From NCBI GenBank assembly GCA_031254195.1, contig JAIRUW010000003.1, forward strand, positions 9,248 through 73,247: a stretch of 64,000 bases of DNA. The letters run 5' to 3'. Numbering within the stretch: the first letter of the stretch is position 1; every line of letters begins with the position of its first letter. The DNA comes from Oscillospiraceae bacterium (GTDB taxonomy: Bacteria; Bacillota; Clostridia; Oscillospirales; UBA929). A model generated the notes under the pieces. That model was not told where the DNA came from. It saw only the letters and a list, made by a program, of their open reading frames with translations, and did not search any database. The translations under genes and the position numbers were made by a program. This document shows positions 30,277 to 38,388 of this stretch, piece after piece.

Positions 30277-31547
30277 ATTACCAACAGGCCCTTGAGTATA
30301 TCAACCACACGGCGCAATTCGGCAACAAACCGGGCCTTGAACGGGTCGCCGCGCTTCTAAAAGCCTTTGGCGACCCGCATAAGGCCTTAAAGTTTGTACA
30401 TATAGCCGGGACAAACGGCAAAGGCAGTACCTGCGCGATGACGGAGAGCATTTTGCGTACCGCCGGGTACAAGGTAGGGCTCTATATTTCGCCTTATCTC
30501 GAAGACTATCGCGAACGGATGCAAATCAACCGCGAGCCAATCCCCGCCGGAACGCTGGCCGAACTAATCACGCAGGCGGCGGCGTTCTGCGCGCAGCTGG
30601 CCGATCACCCCCGTAAATTCGAGATCGAAACCGCCGTTGCCATGCGCTATTTCGCCGATCAGGGCTGCGACATCGTTGTTTTGGAGGTCGGGCTGGGCGG
30701 GCGGCTGGACGCGACCAATGTCATCAGCGCGCCCGAGGTTGCCGCCATTGCTTCCATCGCCCAAGACCATGTACAGGTTTTGGGCAGTGATTTGGGGCTT
30801 ATCGCTTATGAGAAGTGCGGCATCCTGAAAAACGGCTGCCACGCGGTATCCTGTTCGGCGCAGCACCCCGCCGCCGCCGAGGTCATAGAGCGCCGTTGCG
30901 CCGAGGAAGACGTCCCGCTGTCCATCGCCGACGAAACGGCCCTGTACGTGACGGATATGGGGCTATACGGCTCAAAGTTTGCCTATAAGCGCATGTCGTA
31001 TGAGATTTCCCTGATTGGGGCGCACCAGCTGCAAAACGCGCTGACGGCGATCGAAATCATTATCGCGTTGCAGAAGCGCGGCTGGGCCATCCCGCAAATC
31101 GCCGTCCGGGACGGCTTATCCGCGGCGCGGTGGAGCGGGCGGCTGGAAATCATAAAGGAGAAGCCGCTCTGTTTGATTGACGGGGCGCATAACTTAGACG
31201 CCGTATCGATGCTGTGCGGCGCGATCGACGGCTTGATGGACGGAAAGAAGCTCATCACCATTATGGCGATGAGCAGGGATAAGCGATATGATATTTGCGC
31301 CCCGATGGTGGCGCGCCGGTCAACGCACTTTATCGCCACCGAGTTTACCGGGATGCACCCCGTACCGGCGGCGGAGCTGGCCAAAGCGTCGCTCCGGTGC
31401 GCTTACCCCGTGCCGGAGCCGCTGGTCATCCCGGATGTGGAGGAAGCGGTCAGGAAAGCGCTGGAGCTGGCGGGGCCGGACGACGCGGTGCTGGCCTGCG
31501 GGTCGCTGTACATGATAGGCGAAGCGAAAAGGGTTATGCTTACATAA
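30273..31547 (+). CDS. folC: Bifunctional folylpolyglutamate synthase / dihydrofolate synthase
   Basis: 424 aa. P-loop ..HIAGTNGKGST... Mur-ligase fold. The start overlaps the valS stop (ATGA). Confidence 0.9.
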   Translation: MNYQQALEYINHTAQFGNKPGLERVAALLKAFGDPHKALKFVHIAGTNGKGSTCAMTESILRTAGYKVGLYISPYLEDYRERMQINREPIPAGTLAELITQAAAFCAQLADHPRKFEIETAVAMRYFADQGCDIVVLEVGLGGRLDATNVISAPEVAAIASIAQDHVQVLGSDLGLIAYEKCGILKNGCHAVSCSAQHPAAAEVIERRCAEEDVPLSIADETALYVTDMGLYGSKFAYKRMSYEISLIGAHQLQNALTAIEIIIALQKRGWAIPQIAVRDGLSAARWSGRLEIIKEKPLCLIDGAHNLDAVSMLCGAIDGLMDGKKLITIMAMSRDKRYDICAPMVARRSTHFIATEFTGMHPVPAAELAKASLRCAYPVPEPLVIPDVEEAVRKALELAGPDDAVLACGSLYMIGEAKRVMLT

Positions 31548-31974
31548 CCCTTTTTTCCAGCTCTCTGGCAAACATCATATTCAGCCGTATCGCGTGCTCA
31601 TTCTCGTCGGTCATGGCCTCAAAAAACGGCTGCCTGACCTGCTCCCCGCCGTTGTCAAGGTAGATGTTGCGGTACATCTCGTACGATGCCAGCTCGTCTT
31701 CAACCGAACGCCGGATGCAGTCCATCAGCATACACGCGGGCGGCTCCATCGCGGGGGAACCATCCGGGACGGCCCCGAACCGGCGGCGGTAGATGTCCTC
31801 AAATTTCATCAGGTGCTTTCGCTCATCGCTGATGATATGGTCCAGCGTCCGCAAGTGGCCGCTGTCGTTGGTCATGGCTTTCATAGCCTCGTAGCCCGCG
31901 ATGGCGTTCTGCTCGCCTTTCATCGCCTTTTGCAAAAGCTCCGGCGTGAGGCGGAATGACATTTCGCTTGACAT
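31540..31974 (-). CDS. Ferritin-like di-iron four-helix-bundle protein
   Basis: 144 aa with two E...ExxH pairs (..GEQNAIAGYE..SDERKH.. and ..EDELASYE..TDENEH..). Confidence 0.7.
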   Translation of the reverse strand: MSSEMSFRLTPELLQKAMKGEQNAIAGYEAMKAMTNDSGHLRTLDHIISDERKHLMKFEDIYRRRFGAVPDGSPAMEPPACMLMDCIRRSVEDELASYEMYRNIYLDNGGEQVRQPFFEAMTDENEHAIRLNMMFARELEKRVM

Positions 31975-32039
31975 GGCGCCCTTCCTTTCGGCGCCCGGCG
32001 TATGCCGGGCGTCACCCTGTTTGATACAGGGTATGCGCC

Positions 32040-34049
32040 TTAATACGCCAACATGCCACTCTCGGCAAAGGTATAGTAATCGTACGCCCGGATCCCCTGC
32101 TCATGGGACAGGTAGAGCGTATCGCCGATGAAGAGCAGGCGGCTGTTCCATGTGTAGAATTTCTCCCCCATGCTCAGGTCGGCGGCGATGGAGAGGCGAT
32201 TGCCTTCCACCCGCAGAATCAGCGCCGACGGGCCTTGGCGGTTTTGGGTCCAGCGGTCTATCGTGAAACCGTACAGGTTCCGCGAGGCGTCAACCATCAG
32301 GGCGCGGGGGTTGTGGCTGACTTCCGCCCAGCCCTCGCCTAAGTGCAGTACGTCAACCTCCTTCGGGTCATACGGGTTGCTTACGTCAAAGAGGGATACC
32401 TTCATCCCCACATCCCGGAAGCCGACGACCGTCTCGTTGCCGTTGGCGTCCCTCGTAAACAGCTCCTGCGTGTCGCGCCCGATGCCCATCAGCAAACCGC
32501 CGCCTACCGGGTGCAGATACTGCGAGAAGCCCGGTATCTTCAGCTCTCCCAGCACTTTGGGGTTATAGGGGTCTTTGAGGTCGATGGTGAAGAGCGGGTC
32601 TACGTTTTCAAAGGTGACGACATAGCCCATGTCGCCCATAAAGCGCATCGATTGCATCCATTCGCCCGGCGCGAGGTATTCCGTGCGCCCGGCGATGTTC
32701 ATATTGCCATCCAGAACAACCACCAGCGTACCCTTCTGCCAGTCGGTCGTGGCGATACGGAAGAAGCCGTTGTATTCGTCCATGCTGTACTGGTTGATCG
32801 GCGTGCCGTCCACCGTGCCCATCCCGGCGTAGTATACGTCCGTCCCGTCGATGGCGAAGCGCAGAATGTCGGTCATCTGACGGCCGCCCCATACCAGCCG
32901 TCCTGTATCGTCACTTGCTTCCACCCAGCGCATCTTGGTGACATAGAGCGCGCCGCGGCTCATGTAGACCATACTGCCCGCGCCCAGATAGGCCGTGGGC
33001 TGGAACAGCTCGTCGCTGTTGATGTTGACCGCGCCGACGAGAAGGTAGCTGCTGTCGTCGGTGCCGGGGACATAGAATATCCTGTCCAGACCCAGCGGCT
33101 CAAACGCCTCCCCTTCCGCCGTATCGCGGGCGCAAGGCAGGATGATTTCGCTGTCGGCGTTGTCGTAAGGCACCCAGACATGCTTGTTGGTCACGAGGTA
33201 GACCGTGTCGCCGATGACGCGGGTGGAAACGTTCCAGCCCTCCATCGAAACGCGGCGCGTCTCATAGGGATTGGCTCTGTCGGCAATGTCATAGACCAGC
33301 AGGACGGTCGCGCTGCGCGACGGGTACCACCAGGCTATGTCGGGGGCTTCGCCGTCAACCTTGGAGGTCACCGGCATGATGTCCATCGGGATATGCTCCT
33401 GCCCTATCACGGCCAGCTTGTCTCCGATCAGGTAAAACTCCGCGCCCCATATGTCTTGGAACTCTATCCGCGAAACGGCCCTCATCTCCGCGCCGTTCGC
33501 TTCGGTGATGCGCAGCTCGTTGCCGGACAGGGCGTAGATATACTTGCCGTCGGTCTTGACGACGTCGCCCTCATTCACGCCCGCCACCTGCTCGTTGGTT
33601 TCGGAGTGGGAGGCATTTTTGCCCGCTTCGCTCTCCGCGTCACTTGCCATTCCCGCGCCCGCGTCCATCTCCTCTTGGACCATTTCTGACGGAACCGGGG
33701 CGTCCGAAAACCAGTTCCTCGCACCGCCACTGCCATAGGCGCTGCCGTCGTAAAACGCGCCGCGCTCCTTTAGGAGCTTGAGCAGCGTCTGCATGTCGCC
33801 GACGGCGGGCAGGGATTCTTTGGGAATCGTCTCCTCCAGCGTCACGGCGTCGATCTGCTTAAACGGGTACACCTTCCCGTCGCTGGTGACGCTGTTTGGC
33901 TGTTTGAACGGCTCCCCGCTATTCGCGCCGGGGCGTACGTTGCTCAAGGCGGCCGTCTCCCCTGTGATGACGGAGATCATGGTCACAACAAACGCCGCGG
34001 CGACCATAAGCGCTATGGATGACAGCAAGATACGTTTCGCGATTTTCAT
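32040..34049 (-). CDS. Secreted or anchored 'beta-propeller domain' family protein (PF09826-like)
   Basis: 669 aa. N-terminal signal-anchor MKIAKRILLSSIALMVAAAFVV. The C-terminal region ..DPLFTIDLKDPYNPKVLGELKIPGFSQYLHP.. is typical of this family as I remember it. Confidence 0.7.
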   Translation of the reverse strand: MKIAKRILLSSIALMVAAAFVVTMISVITGETAALSNVRPGANSGEPFKQPNSVTSDGKVYPFKQIDAVTLEETIPKESLPAVGDMQTLLKLLKERGAFYDGSAYGSGGARNWFSDAPVPSEMVQEEMDAGAGMASDAESEAGKNASHSETNEQVAGVNEGDVVKTDGKYIYALSGNELRITEANGAEMRAVSRIEFQDIWGAEFYLIGDKLAVIGQEHIPMDIMPVTSKVDGEAPDIAWWYPSRSATVLLVYDIADRANPYETRRVSMEGWNVSTRVIGDTVYLVTNKHVWVPYDNADSEIILPCARDTAEGEAFEPLGLDRIFYVPGTDDSSYLLVGAVNINSDELFQPTAYLGAGSMVYMSRGALYVTKMRWVEASDDTGRLVWGGRQMTDILRFAIDGTDVYYAGMGTVDGTPINQYSMDEYNGFFRIATTDWQKGTLVVVLDGNMNIAGRTEYLAPGEWMQSMRFMGDMGYVVTFENVDPLFTIDLKDPYNPKVLGELKIPGFSQYLHPVGGGLLMGIGRDTQELFTRDANGNETVVGFRDVGMKVSLFDVSNPYDPKEVDVLHLGEGWAEVSHNPRALMVDASRNLYGFTIDRWTQNRQGPSALILRVEGNRLSIAADLSMGEKFYTWNSRLLFIGDTLYLSHEQGIRAYDYYTFAESGMLAY

Positions 34050-34112
34050 ACCAAATCCCTCCTGTTATCCTCTTAGACGCACGGCAATCCGGTTTGTTCC
34101 CCAATTTCTGCT

Positions 34113-35009
34113 TTATCTGTCAAATAAGCTGGTGCTGAGATACTTCTCTCCCCTGTCGGCCATGATGACCACCATCACGCCGCCGTCCAGCTTTTGAATC
34201 GTCCTCTCGGCGGCCAGCATAGCCGCGCCGCTGGACATGCCGACAAACAGCCCCTCCTCGCGCACAAGCCGCCGGGCCATTTCGTATGCCTCCTCGGTGT
34301 CGATCAAGATGCTCTCGTCGATCTCGTTTATATCGTATATCTCCGGGACGATGGCCTCGGCAAGGTTTTTCAGCCCCTGTATGTAATGCCCCTTGACTGG
34401 CTGCGCCTCTATAATCCTCACCGCGGGGTTCTTCTCCTTGAGCATCATCCCCACCCCCATCAGCGTGCCCGAAGTGCCCAAGGCCGACACGAAATGCGTC
34501 ACCCGCCCCCCGGTCTGCTCCCAAATCTCCTCGGCGGTGGTTTTGTAGTGGGCGAGCTTATTAAACTCGTTGGAAAACTGGTTGGGGTTGAAATATAACT
34601 CCGGCGCCGCCGCGATCAGCTCTCTCGCCTTGATGATAGCGCCGTCGGTGCCCAGCTCGGGCGCGGTGAGGATGATCTCGCCGCCAAAGGCCGTGATTAT
34701 CTTCTGCCGCTCAGCCGACACCGCCGAGCTCATCACAATCCGCACCCGGTAGCCCTTGACCGCCCCGATCATGGCAAGGCCGATGCCCGTGTTGCCCGAA
34801 GTGGCCTCGATGATGATCTTATCTTTCGTCAGGAGCCCGTCGGTCTCGGCCTGCTCTATCATTTTCAGGGCAATCCTGTCTTTGATGCTGCCGGTGGGGT
34901 TGAAGCCTTCCAGCTTAACGCACAGCTCCACCGCCGGGTTGGGATTCATCCGGTTGACGCGCACCATCGGCGTATGGCCGATCGTGTCCAGAATTGTGTT
35001 ATGTATCAT
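34113..35009 (-). CDS. cysK: Cysteine synthase (PLP-dependent, CysK/CysM family)
   Basis: ..TPMVRVNRMN..KLEGFNPTGSIKDRIALKMIE.. carries the PLP-lysine motif, and ..TSGNTGIGLA.. follows. Confidence 0.9.
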   Translation of the reverse strand: MIHNTILDTIGHTPMVRVNRMNPNPAVELCVKLEGFNPTGSIKDRIALKMIEQAETDGLLTKDKIIIEATSGNTGIGLAMIGAVKGYRVRIVMSSAVSAERQKIITAFGGEIILTAPELGTDGAIIKARELIAAAPELYFNPNQFSNEFNKLAHYKTTAEEIWEQTGGRVTHFVSALGTSGTLMGVGMMLKEKNPAVRIIEAQPVKGHYIQGLKNLAEAIVPEIYDINEIDESILIDTEEAYEMARRLVREEGLFVGMSSGAAMLAAERTIQKLDGGVMVVIMADRGEKYLSTSLFDR

Positions 35010-35069
35010 GGTTAAGTCTCACCTCATCTATAGTATATCCGAATGCGGACCGAAACGCAAATATGACAA

Positions 35070-35245
35070 GGAAAATCTCCCTGTCACTGCGGTGACATCC
35101 CTCTTTTGCGAAAGAGGGAGGGTTTGGAACGCGCCATTCTTTCGTCCATCCCCCTTTAATGAAAGGGGGATGTCACCGCAGTGACAGGGGGATTTGACAA
35201 CAAAGGCCGCCCCTACAGGCTGCGGGCTGGCCCCGCAGGGCCTGA
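35070..35245. repeat. Mosaic palindromic intergenic repeat, copy A (core 35070-35195 plus appended module 35201-35245)
   Basis: The core has ~33-nt terminal inverted repeats: AATCTCCCTGTCACTGCGGTGACATCCCTCTTT and AAAGGGGGATGTCACCGCAGTGACAGGGGGATT. Each contains two sub-hairpins. They flank GTTTGGAACGCGCCATTCTTTCGTCC. The core is nearly identical to copy C. The appended CAAAGGCCGCCCCTAC..CTGCGGGCTGGCCCCGCAG module is the reverse complement of a module inside copy B. Confidence 0.8.
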
Positions 35246-35252
35246 GGATGTT

Positions 35253-35283
35253 CAAAAAATGCGGGGCGGCACAGTGCCGCCCC
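35253..35283 (-). terminator. Rho-independent terminator of the sigma/anti-sigma operon
   Basis: Minus-sense GGGGCGGC-ACTGT-GCCGCCCC followed by GCATTTTTTGAA, about 30 nt after the anti-sigma stop. Confidence 0.65.
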
Positions 35284-35315
35284 TAGGTTTACCATGAAAA
35301 CAAGCAAAGAAGCAA

Positions 35316-37325
35316 TTACTTTTTGCGCGCCACATTGACGCAGTAGGCGGTGTTGTAGCTGTCCGCGCGAAGGAAGACACAGTCGCCTTCTTTGATCTGC
35401 CGCCCCTCGGGATAGATTGTGGCCTTCGAGATGTTTATATTGTGGTATCCTCCCCACTCATCCTTCACTAAAATCCACTTGTTTTCGGCGGAGATGACCT
35501 CGCCGATGATATATACGCCAAGCAGGTCGTCAATCATCGCGCCAAAGTCGGAATAGTCAAACTGATAATCCGGCAGGGTAAACGAGGATATATCCGGTAT
35601 CCACTTCGACATATCGTCCGGCCAGTCGAATGTCCAACCTTTTTTCAGCCCTTCCAGCTCGGCCATCAGATCCTCTAGGCTCTCAAGATAGTCCTCTAAG
35701 CCGTCGAGATAGTCTTCAAGGTCTTTCAGATCGATGTCAAAGTCATAGGAATAATCAAAGAAATCCGGGGCCCATGTATTCTTTTGTGTCTCACCGTTGA
35801 TCCTCACGATGCCGCTCACCGTCCCGGCTGAGCCTTCTCCGGTGATTTCCACCAAAGTGATGCTGCCGGACACTGTGCCTATGTTATAAGTCACACAGTT
35901 GATCCGGTTCGCGTTCACATTGCCGGATACGCTGCCCAGCGCTACGTTTTCCGCTTCCATCGTATCGACCTTGATGTTCCCGGACACCGACCCAAGGTCA
36001 ACGTCTCCCCAATGTACGCCGTCACGGACCGTCACATTCCCGCTGACGCTGCCCAGGTTCACATTGCCGCGGAATGTTTTGGGAAGCTCCAACTCAATGC
36101 GGGGATCGGCGATGTTACCTCTTCCGTTGTAACTGTTGATTTGACACTCCGCTGTGACCGAGTTGCTTTTAGACGTATATTTCAGCTCTTTCGCGTCGGC
36201 AAAGTCATATTGCCGGATGGTGATTGTTTTCGTGTCGGTCACGGTGACGGAGATCTTCTGGTAAAGGCTGCTGACCTCAACGCTCTCGATCCCATCCATC
36301 GAAAGAGAGAACTCACTCCTCAGGACAATCTCGTCGGAGGCGGGCGTATACATATTATTGCCGGATGAAGATGAACTGGGATTCGGGCTGCCGGAGGGCA
36401 GTGCGGGAGGGGAAGGGTTCGATATGGCGGGCAAGAAGGGAATTGTCCTGTCAATCGAATCGCGGAGGATGACGTCGCCGAACGCGGATGTGGCGTTAAG
36501 CATTCCATTAATACACGTCACCGTGATGTCGCCGAACTCGCTTTGAAGGTCCACGCTTTGCCCCTTTACCTCTCCCAGCCGGATGTCGCCGAACGATGTG
36601 CTGACAAAGAGGGTTTTTTCAACGGCCAAGCCGTCCGTCGTGATGTCGCCGAAAGTGGTGCTGAGGCGGATGCTCCCATCCCATTCTATATCGCCCGCGA
36701 TCATTATGTCCCCAAATGCGGAGGACAGCAACACCTCGCCGGTGTTTTGGAAGGTGTTATCCCCGGGGATCGCCACTTCCAGACGGGCAATATTGGATAC
36801 CTTATTCTTCGATATATCATCGGACCATTTGCCGGCTGTGGCTTCCCCGACAAATTTGCCGTCCTTCTCGACCCACGCAAACGGCTCCGCTTCGGGGTGG
36901 TCATACTGACGGACGGTGATATATCCCGGCGTCCTGTTATCGCGGACGATAATGATGTCCTGGTACGAGCTGCTGATTTCAAAGTTCATTTCCGACTTTG
37001 TTATCAAGAGCTGCGCCACGCTCACAAGCGCCAGCCCGTCGTCGCCGGGCGTTGCGGCTTTGGGGGGAGCGGATACCGCCGCGCCTATGGACGGCTGGCT
37101 TCCCAGAGCCACATCCCCGCCATCGCCGTTGGGGGCTTTCCAAGGCCCCCAGAAGGGCGCGGACGCGATGACAAACAGGGCCAGCGCCGCCGCGAGAAGC
37201 CCCAGCGGGCGCAGGCTGATCCGCCGCTTGGTCTTATTTTCGAGCAATTTAGTTAGAATCTGCTTCTTTTCCGCGTCGGTCGGGCCGATGGCCTCGAACA
37301 TATCGGCAATATTATTCTTCTTCAC
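35316..37325 (-). CDS. Membrane-anchored putative anti-sigma factor with two DUF4097 ('putative adhesin' beta-helix) modules
   Basis: 669 aa. It overlaps the sigma gene stop by 14 nt. A short cytoplasmic N-terminus (~40 aa, no HxxxCxxC zinc motif) precedes one TM segment (LGLLAAALALFVIASAPFW). Two repeat blocks follow (..SAFGDIMIAG..TTFGDITTDG..TSFGDIRLGE..SEFGDITVTC.. and ..GSVSGNVTVRD..GSVSGNIKVD..GSVSGNVNAN..GTVSGSITLV..). Then an acidic heptad stretch DLEDYLDGLEDYLESLEDLMAELEGL and a small C-terminal domain. Confidence 0.65.
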   Translation of the reverse strand: MKKNNIADMFEAIGPTDAEKKQILTKLLENKTKRRISLRPLGLLAAALALFVIASAPFWGPWKAPNGDGGDVALGSQPSIGAAVSAPPKAATPGDDGLALVSVAQLLITKSEMNFEISSSYQDIIIVRDNRTPGYITVRQYDHPEAEPFAWVEKDGKFVGEATAGKWSDDISKNKVSNIARLEVAIPGDNTFQNTGEVLLSSAFGDIMIAGDIEWDGSIRLSTTFGDITTDGLAVEKTLFVSTSFGDIRLGEVKGQSVDLQSEFGDITVTCINGMLNATSAFGDVILRDSIDRTIPFLPAISNPSPPALPSGSPNPSSSSSGNNMYTPASDEIVLRSEFSLSMDGIESVEVSSLYQKISVTVTDTKTITIRQYDFADAKELKYTSKSNSVTAECQINSYNGRGNIADPRIELELPKTFRGNVNLGSVSGNVTVRDGVHWGDVDLGSVSGNIKVDTMEAENVALGSVSGNVNANRINCVTYNIGTVSGSITLVEITGEGSAGTVSGIVRINGETQKNTWAPDFFDYSYDFDIDLKDLEDYLDGLEDYLESLEDLMAELEGLKKGWTFDWPDDMSKWIPDISSFTLPDYQFDYSDFGAMIDDLLGVYIIGEVISAENKWILVKDEWGGYHNINISKATIYPEGRQIKEGDCVFLRADSYNTAYCVNVARKK

Positions 37326-37845
37326 AGATCATACCTCCCAATATCGTTCTCGCCTCGGCGAGCTGCCGCCGGACAGTCGAGTTGTTTTTCTCCAGCATTT
37401 CAGCAATTTCGTTGGTGTTGTACCCTTCGTAGTAATATAAAAAGATAAGTATCTTGTATTTTTCCGGCAGGTTGAGCACCGCTTCCCGGACGCCGCTGCG
37501 GTCTTCGGCAGGCGCGGATATGAACAGCCCGTCCCCGCCGTCCTCGTCGGGCAAGGAGTTGCGCTCCCGCTGCCACCAATGGCGCAAGTGGTTTTTGCAG
37601 AGGTTGCGCGCCGTCACAAACAGCCATGCTTTCCTGTGCTCGTCTCCGTCAAAGACCTTGCCTGTTTGCAGCAGCTTGACATAGACGCTGTGTACCATGT
37701 CCTGCGTGTCGGCGCGGTTTTTCAGGTACGAATAGCAAAGCCGGTAGACCGATGGCATAGTTTTTTCGTATATGCCGGTGAATTCCTCCGCTGCGATTGC
37801 GCTTTTCATCTTTTGCCCCGCCACTTTCCTCAAGGTGTTTTCCAT
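37312..37845 (-). CDS. ECF-type RNA polymerase sigma-70 family factor
   Basis: The start is set at ATG 37845 (SD AAAGGGG). Region 2 ..YRLCYSYLKNRADTQDMVHSVYVKLL..KAWLFVTARNLCKNHLR... Region 4 ..LPEKYKILIFLYYYEGYNTNEIAEMLEKNNSTVRRQLAEAR... Confidence 0.85.
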   Translation of the reverse strand: MENTLRKVAGQKMKSAIAAEEFTGIYEKTMPSVYRLCYSYLKNRADTQDMVHSVYVKLLQTGKVFDGDEHRKAWLFVTARNLCKNHLRHWWQRERNSLPDEDGGDGLFISAPAEDRSGVREAVLNLPEKYKILIFLYYYEGYNTNEIAEMLEKNNSTVRRQLAEARTILGGMICEEE

Positions 37846-37962
37846 TAAGCATCGCCCCTTTTCAATGACCGGTCTATACTGTATACAATCGGGCATGGCG
37901 ATGTGCTCGGTGTTTTGGAAATATTTATTTATTTTAACATAGGCTCCCGCCCGCGGCAAGCA

Positions 37963-37989
37963 CACGGCAAACGCATGAAATGCGTTTCA
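37963..37989 (-). promoter_or_regulatory. Possible ECF-type (autoregulatory) promoter upstream of the sigma gene, overlapping a perfect 8-bp-stem palindrome
   Basis: Minus-sense TGAAAC (37989-37984), 17 nt, CGTG (37966-37963). The B. subtilis SigW-type consensus is TGAAAC-N16-CGTA. The spacer is the palindrome AAACGCAT-TTC-ATGCGTTT (37969-37987). It lies ~120 nt upstream of ATG 37845. Speculative. Confidence 0.3.
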
Positions 37990-37993
37990 CAAG

Positions 37994-38191
37994 GAGAAAT
38001 CCCCCTGTCATTGCGATGACATCCCCCTTTCATTAAAGGGGGATGGACGCCCGCAGGTTTGTAGGGGCGGCCTTTGGCCGTCCGCGGGCCTTGCGCGGCA
38101 TTGGCGGGCGATTGATAATCGCCCCTACGGTCTCCCTATCCCTCCCTCTTTCACAAAAGAGGGATACCGCCCTCAGGCGGAGGGAGATTTT
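37994..38191. repeat. Mosaic palindromic intergenic repeat, copy B (inverted relative to A and C, with a different centre)
   Basis: The left end AAATCCCCCTGTCATTGCGATGACATCCCCCTTTCATTAAAGGGGG is the reverse complement of the right end of copy C. The right end CCCTCTTTCACAAAAGAGGGATACCGCCCTCAGGCGGAGGGAGATTTT is the reverse complement of the left end of copy C. The centre carries GTAGGGGCGGCCTTTGG (also at 35201-35216, reverse complement) and GGGCGATTGATAATCGCCCCTAC (also at 46129-46151). Confidence 0.75.
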
Positions 38192-38314
38192 CTATCCTAC
38201 GTCCCATGTCCTCCGCATCTTCTCAAAAGCAAGTTTGTTTCTGTCATACGCCCCGGCGCTTCCGGCGCCCCGGCGTCCATTACCATTCTCATTATCATTA
38301 TCTTTCTTGCTCAT
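38192..38314 (-). CDS. Unannotated small ORF, 40 aa (MSKKDNDNENGNGRRGAGSAGAYDRNKLAFEKMRRTWDVG), function unknown
   Basis: Hand translation of the minus strand. ATG at 38314, TAG at 38194-38192. SD GAGGGAGAG lies 5-6 nt upstream, and a near-consensus promoter ~25 nt further up. It is below the 60-aa cutoff of the ORF track. I recognise no homolog. Confidence 0.45.
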   Translation of the reverse strand: MSKKDNDNENGNGRRGAGSAGAYDRNKLAFEKMRRTWDVG

Positions 38315-38343
38315 GCAATCTCTCCCTCGTTTCGTTTGCATAT

Positions 38344-38372
38344 ATTATACTATATTTACGGCCATAAATCAA
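38344..38372 (-). promoter_or_regulatory. Near-consensus sigma-A-type promoter driving the 40-aa ORF (and possibly read-through toward the sigma gene)
   Basis: Minus-sense TTGATT (38372-38367), exactly 17 nt, TATAAT (38349-38344). Confidence 0.55.
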
Positions 38373-38388
38373 ACATTTGTTTTTTAAG

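Noticed and set aside
35125-35150. GGAAC...CGTC inside the repeat core (TTTGGAACGCGCCATTCTTTCGTCC) as an ECF sigma promoter carried by the element.
   Set aside because: The spacing between GGAAC and CGTC is only 12 nt, against the 16-17 nt required for ECF-type promoters.
35064-35200. TGACAA on both sides of repeat copy A as a target-site duplication, which would prove transposition.
   Set aside because: No comparable flanking duplication is visible at copies B or C, and the exact element ends are ambiguous. A 6-nt coincidence is not convincing.
38043-38387. 114-aa ORF (MDARRFVGAAFGRPRALRGIGGRLIIAPT...) and the similar ORFs at 35028-35255 and 35173-35457.
   Set aside because: They are read straight through the palindromic repeat modules (GTAGGGGCGGCCTTTGG, GGGCGATTGATAATCGCCCCTAC, and others) and have no SD or promoter. 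They are repeat-derived artefacts. The same region is better explained by the 40-aa minus-strand ORF plus repeats.
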